The position numbers and the translations under genes were made by a program. This document shows, in pieces, positions 17,610 to 34,357 of a stretch of 64,000 nt of DNA. The DNA is taken from NCBI RefSeq assembly GCF_009914755.1, contig NC_060947.1; one strand, written 5' to 3'. The DNA comes from the human T2T-CHM13v2.0 reference genome, Homo sapiens. The notes under the pieces were generated by a model. It did no database searches. It saw nothing but the letters and a program-made list of their open reading frames with translations, and was not told the DNA's origin. Position 1 is the first letter of the stretch, and every line of letters starts with the position of its first letter.

Positions 17610-18477
17610 TGCTGTCTCAGTATCCGTTCTGAATATAAGTTTAACTTTCTCACACCGAGCCAGGCTCCATATTATCCTTGACAGTTTCCAGTTCTCTGTC
17701 TCCTCCCAATTCCTTAATGTGTTCCCTCCAGATATGTATCTTAGACAATTGCCTCCTGATGACCACCTCCCTATGGAACACATAGATATAACCTAATTGA
17801 CTTGGCCCATTGATCCCTTACACCATGCATGGACTGTGCAGATATGCCACGGTGACAACCTCCCCATCGAGACGTTCATCCAGTATAACTCATGCCTGCT
17901 TGCTCTACACCCACTAATGAGAACTCATCAGAGGTAACCTGCTTTGGTAACATACTGGACCCAATAAAGGCCTCAACTCATTATCTCTCCACCTGCTGGT
18001 TGAGCACATTTCCTCTACAGTATTTCCAACAGCCCCTGTTGGTACCCCTGTTTTCCCATCAACCTGTGAATAATAAACTGTCTACATTATTTCATCTGTT
18101 TTTGTTGTGCTGTCTCCTCTGTATAGTATTACCCAACTGACACACCTATATCTCCCCAGACTGATACATTCAGACTTAACTTTTCTCCCAGTTAAGCCTC
18201 TCCTACACAGTGGCTATCTTGACAGGAATAAACGGGACACAGGTCTGATAATAGCCACAAGCATCTGCCAGTATAAAATAATTTCTGGTGAGAAAGACAC
18301 TTGTTCACACCTCAGACAATTAGGCATCATACCATCTGCCAGGATAAAGAAGTATCCTGTGAAAGGCACATTGTAAACATCCACAACCAAATCCCTTGGA
18401 ACCTGTTGGGGAATAAAGTTTATAGCTACTTTCCAGAGACAGACTGCAAGACCAAATTAGAAAAAAAAAAATACAAC
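17610..18477 (+). mobile_element. MER54/MER74-like ERVL LTR
   Basis: ggataaagaagtatcctgtgaaaggcacattgtaaacatccac...ctgcaagaccaaattag...tacaac resembles this family. Confidence 0.6.
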
Positions 18478-19250
18478 CCTAATATCCATCAACACAAAAT
18501 GAACAAATATGGTACATTAATGACTCAGAATATTGTACAGCATTGAGAATGAGTGAACTATAACCACACTATAACCACCATGGCATGGATGAATCTCACT
18601 TAATGAATTTCACTTAATGTTAAGTGAAAGAAGCCAAAACAGGAGAGCATATACTATTTATATAGAGTGTAATTTTATTTCTATATAAAAAAACTAATCT
18701 ATCCTGTTAAAAGTCTTGATAAAGGTTAACCTTTGGTGGGATTGTGATGGGAAGTGTCAAAAAAGGACTTTTGGGGTACCAAGAATGATCTGAGTGCCGG
18801 TTACATGGGTTAGTTCATTTTTTGAAAAATCGCTGAGATTTCTGCACTTTTGTGAATCAATGAACAAATGTCTTGAAGTTTCCCTTAAAATGCACAGTTA
18901 AGATCTTTACATTTCACTGTGTATTAATTGTACTTCAATTAAAAAATGGGGCAAAAATGCCCAAAAGAAATAAGCTGCCTTACTTTGCTCTGAAAGAAAA
19001 CCACAAACCTGAAAAAGATCAACACAAAGCCACCCTTTATAACAAGAGGCAAAATTCAAGAAAAATTTAAATGAGAGGGCTGTAACAAAAGAATATGACT
19101 GCAGAGTTAGCAAATATGTTTTCAATAGGAAAATACAGTCAGCCCTTCTTGATAGTAAAAAAGAAGCTTCAATAATTCAAAAGTAGGAAAAAATTAAAAC
19201 TCTAATATTTAGGATGAGAATTTAAGGCCAGTCTTCCCAGGAATGTTTAG

Positions 19251-19568
<318 letters not shown>

Positions 19569-19598
19569 TGGAATGGTTAGTTTAAAATCCAAAAAAAT

Positions 19599-19939
<341 letters not shown>

Positions 19940-20305
19940 TTACAAATTCTTCCCTACAGAGAGTAGATATAAGCATCATTATGTGTAAGATTGTTTCAAC
20001 TATAAAAATGGAAAAAGTTTTAGGAGCAAATTTATACTGCATACCTAATAATTATGTTCCTTTAAGTATATTTTTTAAAATGTCTTCTGAGTCACAAAGT
20101 ATTATTTTGAAAGGCAGAGAGAAATTTGAGTACATAATTGGTTATATTTATAATATGTGTGGTGGGAAAAATAAATTGTAGAGTTGCTGGAAAAGAAATG
20201 TAACTACTTAAACCAAACAAGAATTTTTTTTCCTATTTAAATCTTCGAAAAAGGAAAAAAAAATCATTGTCTATTCAAAGTCCAGACAAAAAAAGTTTAC
20301 TAAAC

Positions 20306-20624
20306 TGTAGTGACCATGATGAACTTCACTTGAACCCTGTGCTCCAAGGAAGCATCAATGGTTTAGAAATACCACACCTCCCCGATCTTTTTGTGTCCTC
20401 AGAAACAAGTAACTTCAAAAGTCTACCCTGTCTTTGCATATAGGACACATCTCCATCCTACCTCATGACTCATGTAAGCCTCATGATGACTCTCTTGTAA
20501 TCTGCCTCTAAAAAGCCTTAAATCTCCTTCTCCTGGGAAATATTCCTCAATAATGAAGGTTCTCCCTATTGCAACAGTCTAAATAAAGACATTCCCTAAT
20601 GGTCTGGAACATCTTGTCTTTGAC
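20306..20624 (+). mobile_element. ERV LTR-like fragment (family uncertain)
   Basis: TG...CA ends; ctattgcaacagtctaaataaa poly(A)-signal region. Confidence 0.45.
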
Positions 20625-21761
20625 AAAGCAATCGTACTCAAAACAATGTGGTACTGGCATAAAGACAGACCTGCAGTCCGGTGGAATAGAACAGAGAGCA
20701 CAGAAAGAATCCCTAACATATATGGTGCAATAATTTTCAACAAAGATACCAAGACCATCTAATGTGTAAAGGACAGTCTTTGAAACAAATGATGCTGGAG
20801 AAACTGGATATCTACATACAAAAGAATTAAGTTGGATCCTGACCTTATACCATATCAAAAATTAACTGTAAATGGATCAAAGACCCAAATGAAAGCAAAA
20901 GCTTGAAACTTTTAGAAGAAAACATAGGGGAAAACTGTATGACATTTTATTTAGCAATAATTTTTTGAATATGCCACGAAATGCACAAGAAAGAAAAGGA
21001 AAAAATAGATAAATTGGGCTACAACAAAATTAAAGACTTCTGTGCATCAAATGGGAGAAAATATCTGTAAATCGTGTGTGTGTTAGAGATGAGGGGTTAA
21101 TACTGAAAATATATAAAGACCTCCTAAATCTCAACAAAAAATAAACAAACTGATTCTAAAATGAGCAAAGAATTTGAATAGACATTCCTTAAAAGAAATA
21201 AATAGCCCGTGAGCACATGAAAAGATATTCAACATTGTCACATGGAAAATGCAAATCAAAACCACAATGAGATACCACCTCACACCCATTAGAATGGCTA
21301 CATATCAAAAATAAATAAATAAGGAAAATTCAAAGTGTTGGTGAGGATGTGGAAAAACTGGAACCCTTGTGCACTGCTGGTGGCAATGTGAAATGGTAAA
21401 GCCACTATGCAACATAGTATGGTGGTTCCTAAAAAACTAGAAACAGAATTACTATATAACCCAGCAATTCTACTTTCTCAACATATACTTAAACCCATTT
21501 ATGCTGGCAGTTGCAATTTTTTTGAATTTTTGCAATCAGACCTTGATGATGACCTTGAGTAGTAAGATATAAATAACTCCTACATGCTTAGCATTCCAAT
21601 AATGGAACACTAGGCATAAATGGGTTAAAGAAGTAAAAGCAGCTTCTTGAAGGGATATTTGTATATCCATGTTTACAGCAGTATTGTTCATAGTGGACAA
21701 AAGGTAGAAGCAGCCCAAGTGTCTATCCACAGAAGAATGAATGAACAATACATATTGTTTT

Positions 21762-21801
<40 letters not shown>

Positions 21802-22200
21802 TACATACATAGACACACACAGTGGAATATTATTCGGCCTTTAAAATGAAGGAAATTCTAAAACATTCTACAACATGGATGAATCTAGAGGATATTACAC
21901 CAAGTGAAATAAGCCAGTCACGCAAAGACAAATACAGTTTGATTTCATTTATATGAGGCACTTAGAGTAGTCAAACACATAGAGACAGGAAATAGAATGT
22001 TGGTTTCCAAGAACTAGGGAGAGAGGAGGATGGAAAGTTGTTAATGTTGTACAGAGTTTCAGTTTCCCAAAATTAAAAGAGCTCTGCATATTTGTTGCAA
22101 AATAATGTGAATACAATGAACATTAATGAACAATAAACTTAAAAATAGTTAAGATGGTAAATTTTGTCATGTATATTTTACCACAATTAAAATAAAAGTA
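20625..22200 (+). mobile_element. L1MB-type 3' part
   Basis: Decayed ORF2 C-terminus and 3'UTR (gatggtaaattttgtcatgtatattttaccacaat). Confidence 0.8.
21494..21624 (-). mobile_element. MER85 piggyBac (PGBD3-derived) MITE
   Basis: CCCATTTATGC...GCATAAATGGG terminal inverted repeats, TTAA at 21489-21492 and 21625-21628, internal GTTCCATTATTGGAA palindrome. Confidence 0.92.
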
Positions 22201-22288
22201 ACAAAAATACTCCCTAAATGGGGGCTTGATTAACCCTATATGAAATTTTAAGAATATACAGTCACAGCTAGATAATCTGGTCAGTTGC

Positions 22289-22709
22289 TGTATTATTCTT
22301 GCATTATTATAAAGAAATACCTGAGATTGCATAATTTAATTAAAAAAAAGAGGTTTAATTGGCTCACGGTTCCGCAGGCTATACAGGAAGCATGGTGCTA
22401 ACATCTGCTCGGTTTCTGGGGAGGCCTCAGGAAGCTTACATCATGGTAGAAGATGAAGGGGGAGTTGACACTTCATGTGGCCAGAATGGGAGGAAGAGAG
22501 AGAGTGGGGAGGTGCTACACACTTTTAACAGCCAGATGTCACAAGAACTGACTCATTATCACTGGAACAGCACCAAGTGGATGAGGCTAAACCATTCACG
22601 AGAAATTCACCCCCATGATCTAATCATCTCCTACTAGGCCCCACCTCCAACATTGGAGATTACGATTCAACATGAGATTTGGGCAGGGACACAGATACAA
22701 ACCATATCA
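22289..22709 (-). mobile_element. MSTA-like MaLR LTR
   Basis: tgtatta...aaaccatatca; near-TSD gttgc/gctgc. Confidence 0.85.
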
Positions 22710-23156
22710 GCTGCTCATAGAATAGACCTATATTTTAAGAGGAATGTTATGCCAATTGACTGGCAGTGTATATGTTATTTTGTATTATCTCAATTAGAAA
22801 AGTTTGGAGATTTTAACATTAATACTTACATTTGGGAGAATTTTATTGATCTCTGATATATCCATGTCAAAATACCCCATTACACACTATATTAGGTAGG
22901 TTTTGTTTTCCTATGGCAGCATTTTTATTCCTTTGCCTAGTCTGTGAACATGGTGAATTGACAGAGACAGACAAATATACATTTAAAAATTTCCTAATCA
23001 TATCAACCCTTTAATTTATTTTTTAAACTAGCTCTTTGTTGAAGAGTTCAAAATTCAAATTGTGCAAAGGGTTTTATAAGGTGAAATGTATACCTCCCCA
23101 AATGTATGGCCAGTTATCAACACTATAAACTGAATTAAACACTTCATTCCAAATGA

Positions 23157-23606
<450 letters not shown>

Positions 23607-24229
23607 TAGGTATGGTTCTTCTATTTCAAATATTTCCTGACTCTCGGCTCAAGGTGATACATACATATAAACATCAGAAGCAGATTGTTTAGTTCCAAAC
23701 AAATTAATTTCCAGATATTTTTCATCGTGACTGCATTATATTTATACAGTAAGAAACTGACATATTTACCACACTGGATATCCCAATTCAAAAAGTGGCT
23801 CTGTGTTTGTATATATTCAAGCCTTCTCTCTAGTTCCCTTTTAGCATTCCAAGCTTTTCTCCATATAGATGTTACACATTTCCTGCTCAGTTTAGACCTA
23901 GGTATTTTATGTTTGGTTAATTTCTTCAAAGGGAATTTTTCTTCCATTTTATTATACAATTTATTGTTGTATATAGGAAAGAAATTTCAATCAACTATCT
24001 CACTAAATTCTCCTTCTCAGGAATTTTTTAGGTGAAGCTCTTGATTTTTCTAACAAGTATAGCCTCTCTAACATATGGATATTGCCTCCTCCTTTCCAAT
24101 TTTTATGATTCTACCTTAGTTCTATGTTTCTTTTATTAGTCCTTACAGAATATTATTCTCTGAGAGAGGCAATAATGTATATCTTTGTCCAGTTCTCTGA
24201 CACTGCTGAGAATATAAAACATTTATATT

Positions 24230-24995
24230 ATGAAAAAGATTCTCTCCTTGAGCAAACTTGAGTCAGATTCCTCTGAATTCTCTTTCTGATTAGGTCCCAA
24301 CCTTGGGTCCTGTCTTTGGCCCACATAGTCTGGTTTCAGTAAGAATCCTGCTGAGTCAGTTTAGTGAAAATCTCCTACTCTAGGTATCTGATCACTGTAT
24401 CCGGCTTTGAGCAAGTATCCTATCAAGTCAGTTTACTCACAATCTCTCCTTACTCCTGATGTTTCCTCTTAGCATTTCTCCATCCACTGCTTCCCACGGT
24501 CTTAGTCAATTTTCTGCTGCTATAACAATACCACAGACTGGGTAATTTATGAACCAGTTTATTGGCTCATGATTTTGGAGGCTAAGAAATCCAAGAGCAT
24601 GACATTGTCATCTGGTGAGGGTCTTTATGTTCATCATCCCATGACAGCTGGGCAAGTTGGTGGTCAAGACAGAGTGAAAATTAGGCCAGACTTATTGTTT
24701 TATCAGGAGCCCAGTCTCACAGTAACTAACCCATTCTCATGAAAATACAGCCCTCATGACTTAATCACCTCTTAAAGGCTCCACCTCTTGATAACATTAT
24801 AGTGGCAGATACGCTTCAGTTTGGGAGGGGATATTCAAGCCATAACACCCATCCTGCTCCTTGGATATAAATTTCCTTGTATTTGGAGTTGAGCTCAATC
24901 TCTCTTCCTACTATAAAACCCCAATGCAGTAGTCTCTGTTGAAAAAATGTCTACCTTACTATATCCAAGTATCATGGATAATTCTTTCTTCATCA
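24230..24995 (+). mobile_element. MER31-like ERV1 LTR, interrupted by an MST
   Basis: aagaatcctgctgagtcagtttagtgaaaatc; ggagttgagctcaatctctcttcctact. Confidence 0.65.
24498..24847 (-). mobile_element. MSTB/MSTD-like MaLR LTR
   Basis: tcttagtc...ctgctataacaataccacagactgggtaattt...ccataaca; flanks cccac/cccat. Confidence 0.75.
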
Positions 24996-26149
24996 ATTAT
25001 GATCTAAATTTTCTAAAATAGTTTATGTGTATACTCATAGAAATATACTTAGAATAAAGGCCACCAAGTTAAAAAATAAGCATTCCTGGTGAGTAGGATT
25101 TGGGGTGAATTTTCACTACGCTTTCTGAACACATTTTAATGCTTAAAATTTTTTAGGATGAGCAGGTATCTTTTTTATTAAAATCGTTATTTTTAATATT
25201 AATGTTTCTGAAACATATTCAGCATTAAAAAGATTATAGGGTCATTTAATGACAAGATAAAAATACTTTCAATAAGAATGATATGGCTACTAAGTTGTGT
25301 GAATGTGCAAACTTACTAAGTTGGTTCAACTTAATTACTTAATAAATGGAGACGTTAGGTACATCTCTTGGACTACAGATACCCTGGCAAATTACTTAGA
25401 CTGAAACTAAGTGTGCCATGAACATACAGTTTGTGAAGCTCATCTAAGACTGAAGAATAACCAGCAGAGGCTAAAGAGAACCGGAACCAAAGGCAGGCAT
25501 ACAGTTTACCACCCACATTAATATGACGTTTCTATTTAATACTTTGCATTAACTTCAACTACTATTCCAGGAAATTTCTTCCAGTAAGAGGAAGTTGTGA
25601 ATAGCTTTGTTTCAGAAACTTCCTGGAAATCAATTTTTCTGAACAATGCTTATCAAGCAGTCCTCATCTGAGTAAACAGCCACTTCTCAGAACATCTCTC
25701 AAATGGGTTTATCAAATGACTGATACTCTTCAAAGTTTTACATAAAAACTATTGAAAAAAATATATCACAAACTTTGATATAATTTTGACATAAAATTAT
25801 ATCATGAAGTTTGTCCAATCTCAATCATTCAGGCCCCAACAATGAAAGACCTGCCACAAACCAGACTCCAAAAACCTTATAAATATGAATCCCTCCACAT
25901 CTGATTTTCCCCTTCTGAAAGGTTATTAAGACAATATTGCAATGGTAGTGGCCTTCCTTAGTGCTGTAAGTAACAAGCCTGAATTTGTTTGATCAGAAGA
26001 CTATTTTGGTGGCCTGTTCGAATCATTATTTGACAAGATACAAATTCCCTGTTTAAAATCCCTCTGCCGTTTCTCATTGCTATTATACATACTAAGGACT
26101 AAAATCCTTCACATGACTGATAAGATCCTGCAAAATCTGGAACCAGATT

Positions 26150-26345
26150 AAAATTGCCAGATAAAATTCAGAATTTCCAGTTAAATATGAATTGCTTATA
26201 AACAATGGCTATTTTTTTCTTAGTGTAAGTGTGTCCTAAATCTGTTTATCTGAATTTGAATTTTAACTGAGCATTCTGTATTTCGTTTTTCACCTGCTAA
26301 ATCTGGCAACCCTAGGTTTTTCACCTGCTAAATTTGGCATCCCTA
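26150..26345. mobile_element. MER33-like hAT element with duplicated end
   Basis: ttgccagataaaattcag...gctaaatctggcaacccta. Confidence 0.7.
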
Positions 26346-26663
<318 letters not shown>

Positions 26664-27298
26664 CTATTCCATCTTTATCTTAGTGTCACTTTCCACTTAC
26701 ATCTAAATCCTGAGTTCAAGTCCATGGTGTTCACAAATCCTATGTCTAGAACTCTGGCCAGAGGCTAGATGGCCAAAGCCATTAAAGCAAGTATTTCATC
26801 TCTGCAGAAGGCAAATTAACTATCAAACTCAACAGTTGGCTTGATAGTGGTAGGATCTCCCGGACGACTGGTGGGTACATATGGACATAGAACAATGGCT
26901 ACACCTTAGGCACCGGAGTGAGGAACAGACTGGGAGTGTACAAATAATTACAATTTGATAAAATCTTGGGACTGACATAGAAGCTCTGTAGTTTTTTTTT
27001 TTTTTTTTTTTTTTTTTCCTATGATGGTAGTTTCTCCACTAGGGGGTAGTTGAAACAACCAATACCCACTGAGGGGGTCCTACCCATGTTCCTCTCAGGA
27101 ACATGCATGGTCCTTGGATAATGAACTGCTGGGGAATAAAGGCCTCTCAGGACAGGAAGACTCTGAAGAGTAAGAGGATAATGAGAGAGAGACAGAGAGA
27201 AAGAGAGAGGGGAAGGGAGGAAGGGAGGGAAGGAGGGAGAAGAAAGACTCATAAGAAACAAAGAAGTGGAACTACAAGATCTTCCTTTGGCCTTTTCA

Positions 27299-27740
<442 letters not shown>

Positions 27741-28115
27741 CAGAGGCTCTGCCCAAGAAGCTCTGCCACCCCTGCTTTTTACATATCCATTCAGGTAACT
27801 TGCTGACAACAGTATCTGTTCCAAATTTCAGACATTTCCAGGAATTTCAGAGGGACATGGAAAATACAAAGGCCCATAATAACACTCCATTAAACTAAAC
27901 ATTCTGGAAATTCTGGATAGGATTGTCAATCAAGATTAAGAAATTCTACTCAAGATGCTGAAGTGTGAAGCAGAACAGATATACCCAGAAGTAACTACAT
28001 AACAGCAAGAAATCTACAATAATATAAATTACACTAAGTACATAACTGGTAGAGAAGAGGAGGTGATTAACTGTTTTGAGTAAGATGAGGTTTGGCTTCA
28101 GAAGATACAATACTA

Positions 28116-28698
28116 TGGAAGGTCATAATATGCCACCCCAAAATACAAAGAATTGTTGACCTGAAGAAAATTAAGAAGCAGCAGGTACAGGAAAGCTCTC
28201 TGCCCTCCCTCTATTTGCCTAAAAGCAGAACATAGATTTACAAAGACGAAGGTATCCCAACCCAACACCCCTTTCTACCAGGGAGAACAAAGGTTAAAAA
28301 GGTTAACCACTAAAGACAACTTTAGACACTTATTGGCCTAGAAATGGTAGCAGAGGAATTTATATAAACAAGCCTTACTAACTAGCTGTCATCTCTCATT
28401 TATTTGGCTTCCCAGATGTTGCTGCCACTAGAGATTCAAAGTCCTTTTACTTTGTCTTGTCACATCTTTAAAAAAAATACAATTAAAAAAATTACTATTC
28501 TTTGTTGAAGGTGATCTATAACCTGAAATTTAAAGCTACCTCTTTGAGAATTACTCATTTCCTGGGTATCCCCCATGTATGCATGAAATATACGTATTAA
28601 TTAGCTTGTTTTCTCCTACTAATCTTGTCTTTTGTTACAAGGGTATGTTCTGACTAAGAACTTACGAGAGTTGAAGAAAAATTGTTTTTTACTCTACA
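28116..28698 (+). mobile_element. MER34-family ERV1 LTR
   Basis: aatatgccaccccaaaata...ggaaagctctctgccctccctctatttgcctaaaagcag. Confidence 0.7.
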
Positions 28699-28861
28699 AC
28701 ACCTAAACAGAAAATTGACTGATAAGCAGCAATTTACAAGGTGTTCAAATATAAAGGCATAACAAATATAACCTGACTCTAGGCTGTGAATTTTTTTCTT
28801 TCTGAAATGGCAATTTCTCCACTAGAGGGAGACCACAGCATGCTTTAAAAGGCAATGAGTC

Positions 28862-29016
28862 GGAGGGGGGAGGGATAGCATCAGAAGATATACCTAATGC
28901 TAAATGACAAGTTAATGGGTGCAGCACACCAACATGGCACATGTATACATATGTAACAAACCTGCACGTTGTGCACATGTACCCTAAAACTTAAAGTATA
29001 ATAATAATAAAAAAAA
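28862..29016 (+). mobile_element. L1PA 3' stub of about 155 bp
   Basis: Young L1 3' end; 16-bp TSD TAAAAGGCAATGAGTC at 28846-28861 and 29017-29032. Confidence 0.93.
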
Positions 29017-29046
29017 TAAAAGGCAATGAGTCAAAAAGAGGAATGG

Positions 29047-29347
29047 GGCCGGGCGCTGTGGCTCATGCCTGTAATCCCAGCACTTTGGGAGGCCGAGGCT
29101 GGCAGATCACCTGAGGTCAAGAGTTCGAGACCAGCCTGGCCAACATGGTGAAACCCTGTCTCTACTAAAAATACAAAAATTAGCCAGGTGTGGTGGCACA
29201 TGCTTGTAATCCCAGCTGCTTGGGAGGCTGAGGCAGGAGAATTGCTTAAACCCAGGAGGCGGAGGCTGTGGTGAGCTGAGATCACGTCACTGCACTCCGG
29301 CCTGGGTGACAGAGCGAGACTCCGTCTCAAAAGAAAAAAAAAAAAAA
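29047..29347 (+). mobile_element. AluS
   Basis: Full dimer. Confidence 0.95.
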
Positions 29348-29390
29348 GGAAGGGGTGGGAAGATGGATCAACACTGTATTCAGATACAAA

Positions 29391-29709
<319 letters not shown>

Positions 29710-31422
29710 TAAAGCTGGATGTGATCATCTGGTCAACACAGGAAGCACTGGGGAAAAGATGAAGGCAACAACAAGAAGAAATAAAACATGCCCTCCAACA
29801 GAGAAAAGAAGCTACAATTTCCCTTTGCCCATTATCATCTACACAGTTTAAATGAAGAATCACCTCTGACTAGGATGTAGAAATCTTTGAGAAATATGGC
29901 TTCCCATGGGAAAATCCTACTGATTTGCTGCTTATTATCGTTATTTGCAAATATTAATTACATGTCAGTTCAGATAACTTGGTGGTCCTAATACTATCTG
30001 CAGAGATTAACAAAAGCTATATTTTGTGAAACTACATACAACAGAAACTCTGTGCAGTAGCATAACAAAATACAACCATGTATGGAATGGCTCATGTTTT
30101 TGAGAAAAACAAACATTCTCTAGGAAGAGACATGCATCACAAAAAGTATTCATTAATTCCACAAATATTTCCTACGTGTCATCCACTATGCTGAATACCA
30201 GATTCCTAGAGATCCAGGCATCTAGTAAAGAAACATGGACAGAGAAATGTCAGAGCATGTACTACCCACCTGGGCATTTTGTAAATGCAGTTTTCCCAGA
30301 TGACAGCTACATTTGATATAGGGAAGACTAGTCTTTCATTTATGATCACCTTGTCTGGCTACTTGTATCTAGAAGGGTTCCAATGTATGCTCATAGAAAA
30401 GATTTTATGAAAGCAGGTTGCTAGTCATAGTATAAGCATGTCAGAATAGGAGGCAAAGGAGATATGTGAAGAATAAGAGAAAAAAAAAGAGAAAGGGAGG
30501 TAAGCAGTAGCCCTAAACACTAGCGTATGCAGTGAATAAATGTTGTGTGAATCAGTGAATGAGAGAGAGAGCTGTAAGACAAGGCTAAAGAAAAGGAGAA
30601 AGGGGATCATGAGGCAAGGCAGAAGATAAACAATAAGACCTGGAAAAAATTGAAAGCCAATGGAGTTCAAGCAGATGAAATAAGGTATACATTACACATC
30701 AGAAAAAGGAAAACTGTTACAGTCTCCCAAAGTTAATATATTCTCCTTATATGCTTTACATTAAGATGGTGAAAGATCTTGGTTTAAGAAATAGGCTGCT
30801 TTTTTCCAAGGGGAAGACTATGGTTTCTCTTTTCCAGTTGCCTATACTGCTTCATGTCCTTATGCTGCCAGTGAGGATCAACAGAATCCCGAATCTGGGA
30901 TATTCCAGAGTTTATTTTGGGAGAAAAATATGTGACTGTATCTATGAACTATAGCTGCTGCTAGACACTAAGTTGCAGGAGGCTGGTGATTTCTTTCCCC
31001 ATTCTTCACTGTTACATCCCTACCACTTGATACAATATCTGGCACTTAGGAGGTACTCAAGATTACTATGTTGAATGAATGAAAGAATGAACACTGCAGG
31101 ACATAAGAGATGCTCAGGGCATAGTTCATCTGCCTAACCTGGCTCAAAATGGGGGCTCTGGGGATCCTAGTATTACCAACAGAAATCAAGAGGGTAAATT
31201 GGTTGCTCTGGGTCCACAATCCATTTCAGGCAGATCACCTGAAACTGGCTCTGGGATACAGCATGTTTGACAATATTACAGTAAAAAAAAAAAAAAGCTA
31301 GTGGCAAAAAGAAGTGCCATAGGAAAAAAAGTGAACAGACTGAGTACAGAACAAGTTTCTCCAGAGAAAAGTGTAAATGATACTCTGGCTGGCAAAGAGC
31401 TGAGACATCTTGGAAAACATGG

Positions 31423-31782
31423 TATCTTAGTCATTTCAGGCTACTATAACAAATTACCAGAGACTGAGTGGCTTATAAACAACAGAAATTTATTTGTCAC
31501 AGCTCTAGAAGCTGAAAGTCTAAGATAAGGGTGCCAGTATGGTTGGGTTCTGATGAGGGACCTTTTCCAGGTTACATCTTCATATGGTGTAAAGAGAGTA
31601 AGCTAGCCCTCTGGCACCTTCTTATAAGGGTATTTATCCCATTCATGAAGGCCCCATCCTTATGATCTTATTCAACCCAAATTACTCCACAAAGGCCCCA
31701 CCTCCAAAACCAATACCAATACTGGGGAGTCACTTTCAACATATAAATGGGGGAGGAAGTACAAACATTCACTCCCTAACAG
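31423..31782 (-). mobile_element. MLT1A/MSTD-like LTR
   Basis: tcttagtcatttcaggctactataacaaattacc...aacattcactccctaaca. Confidence 0.7.
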
Positions 31783-31984
31783 ATGTCATATGCCAATGAA
31801 AGGAATTTATTTCTGCTCCTTTTGAGGAAGTAAGTGAGAACGTCACAATGAGTCATAAGTCAATAAGATAACCACTGCCTAAAGGTCTTACCACAGATTC
31901 CAAAAAGGAAGAATCAAGAATGACCTCGGGGTCCACTTAACAGCATCAGAGGGAGTGTCCTAAAACTCTGAATGGAATAGTGTA

Positions 31985-32801
<817 letters not shown>

Positions 32802-34142
32802 AACAATCCCCTGGATCTTCATTCATGGTGACATAGCTGAAAGACTCTCCCCAAGTCAGAAACCCTGCAGCAGGAAGCAGGTGGGATAACAGCATTGCTA
32901 GATTCATATGTCAACAACTGAAATTATTTTTGCTAAGTTAAAATACCTTTAAGAGAAAAATTCCTATCCTACTGTTTACATACTTACAAGAATGCTAGGA
33001 AATGGCATTATGTCAGGTGAGAACTAAAGATGAATTTGCTATCAATTATTCACATATTGAGAAAATAATAGAAAAGGAACAAATATTCATATCACAAACT
33101 TTATTTCTAAAAGTTTTTGAACTCAGTTTCATAGTCAAATGCAAATAGGAAATAATTTGGAAAGGGTAACAGTAAATATCCATTGATAAATTACTTCAAA
33201 CTCTAGTGGTACTATTTCAAAGCAAGCATGATTTGAGAATAATCAATGTATTTAAAGTAGTAAGTATAGTAATGATTAATGAACCTATATAAAATCTATT
33301 TATGACATACATGTATACATATACACACATATACAAGGATCTGGCTTTATGAATAAAGTATCTTGATATGTATGGAAAGCTAAAGATCACATCATACGAC
33401 AGTATCAGAAAAACGGTTAACATATACAGTTGCTTTAAAGATTAACATATAGAGTTCAAGTTCTGCAACTTCTGAAGTGGAGTGTGGTATATTTTTGTTT
33501 TATTTGCTAGGGGACTCTGAATTTCTCATTCAAACAAAGAGGTCACATAACTTGAAAGTATTTCTGATTAATGTATTTATTATCTATTTGTCCGAATATA
33601 TGTGAATTTAATGCTAAAGTTAAGTCTCCAGATGCTGAATAATTCACATTAATTATGAAAATGGAAAAATGACTGTATGCATATTCCTACTCTATTATCT
33701 GTCTATATATATTAGGTATTCCACTTAGTTTCTGAGAAGTCCACGTATCTTATTCTAATGCCATAATGATGAAATAAGAAATTTAAATATCTAAACAGGA
33801 AATGAAAATAACATAAATAACATCTTACAAGTGACTTGTTACTTCACTCGTTACAGCAGGTCCTCTTCTGTTTAGATCCATAGGCCTCTGGCATGGTAAG
33901 GGGATTGTGAGAACAACACTTTCCTGTTTATGGCTGCCAACCAGGCTCAACTCTATCAAGAGCCCCTGCTGATACAACCAGTCTCATTGCTGTCCATGCC
34001 CCATCTCACCCATCTGCTCCATTGTGAAATACTTAAGAGTCTCTGGAGCACAACATGATTATTAAGACTATAACGACAATGGGGGGCATTTTCATTAATA
34101 AGATAGTTATAGCTTGATAAAGGAAAGAGAAACAGAACTCTT

Positions 34143-34357
34143 TTTTTATGATTTAAACTTTTTTTTAATTTTTTTTTTATACTTTAAGTTCTAGGGTACA
34201 TGTGCACAACGTGCAGGTTTGTTACATATGTATACATGTGCCATCTTGGTGTGCTGCACCCATTAACTCATCATTTACATTAGGTATATCTCCTAATGCT
34301 ATCCCTCCCACCTCCCCCAACCCCACAACAGGCCCCAGTGTGTGATGTTCCCCTTCT
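34143..34357 (-). mobile_element. L1PA 3' stub of about 200 bp
   Basis: 14-bp TSD GAAACAGAACTCTT at 34129-34142 and 34358-34371. Confidence 0.92.
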
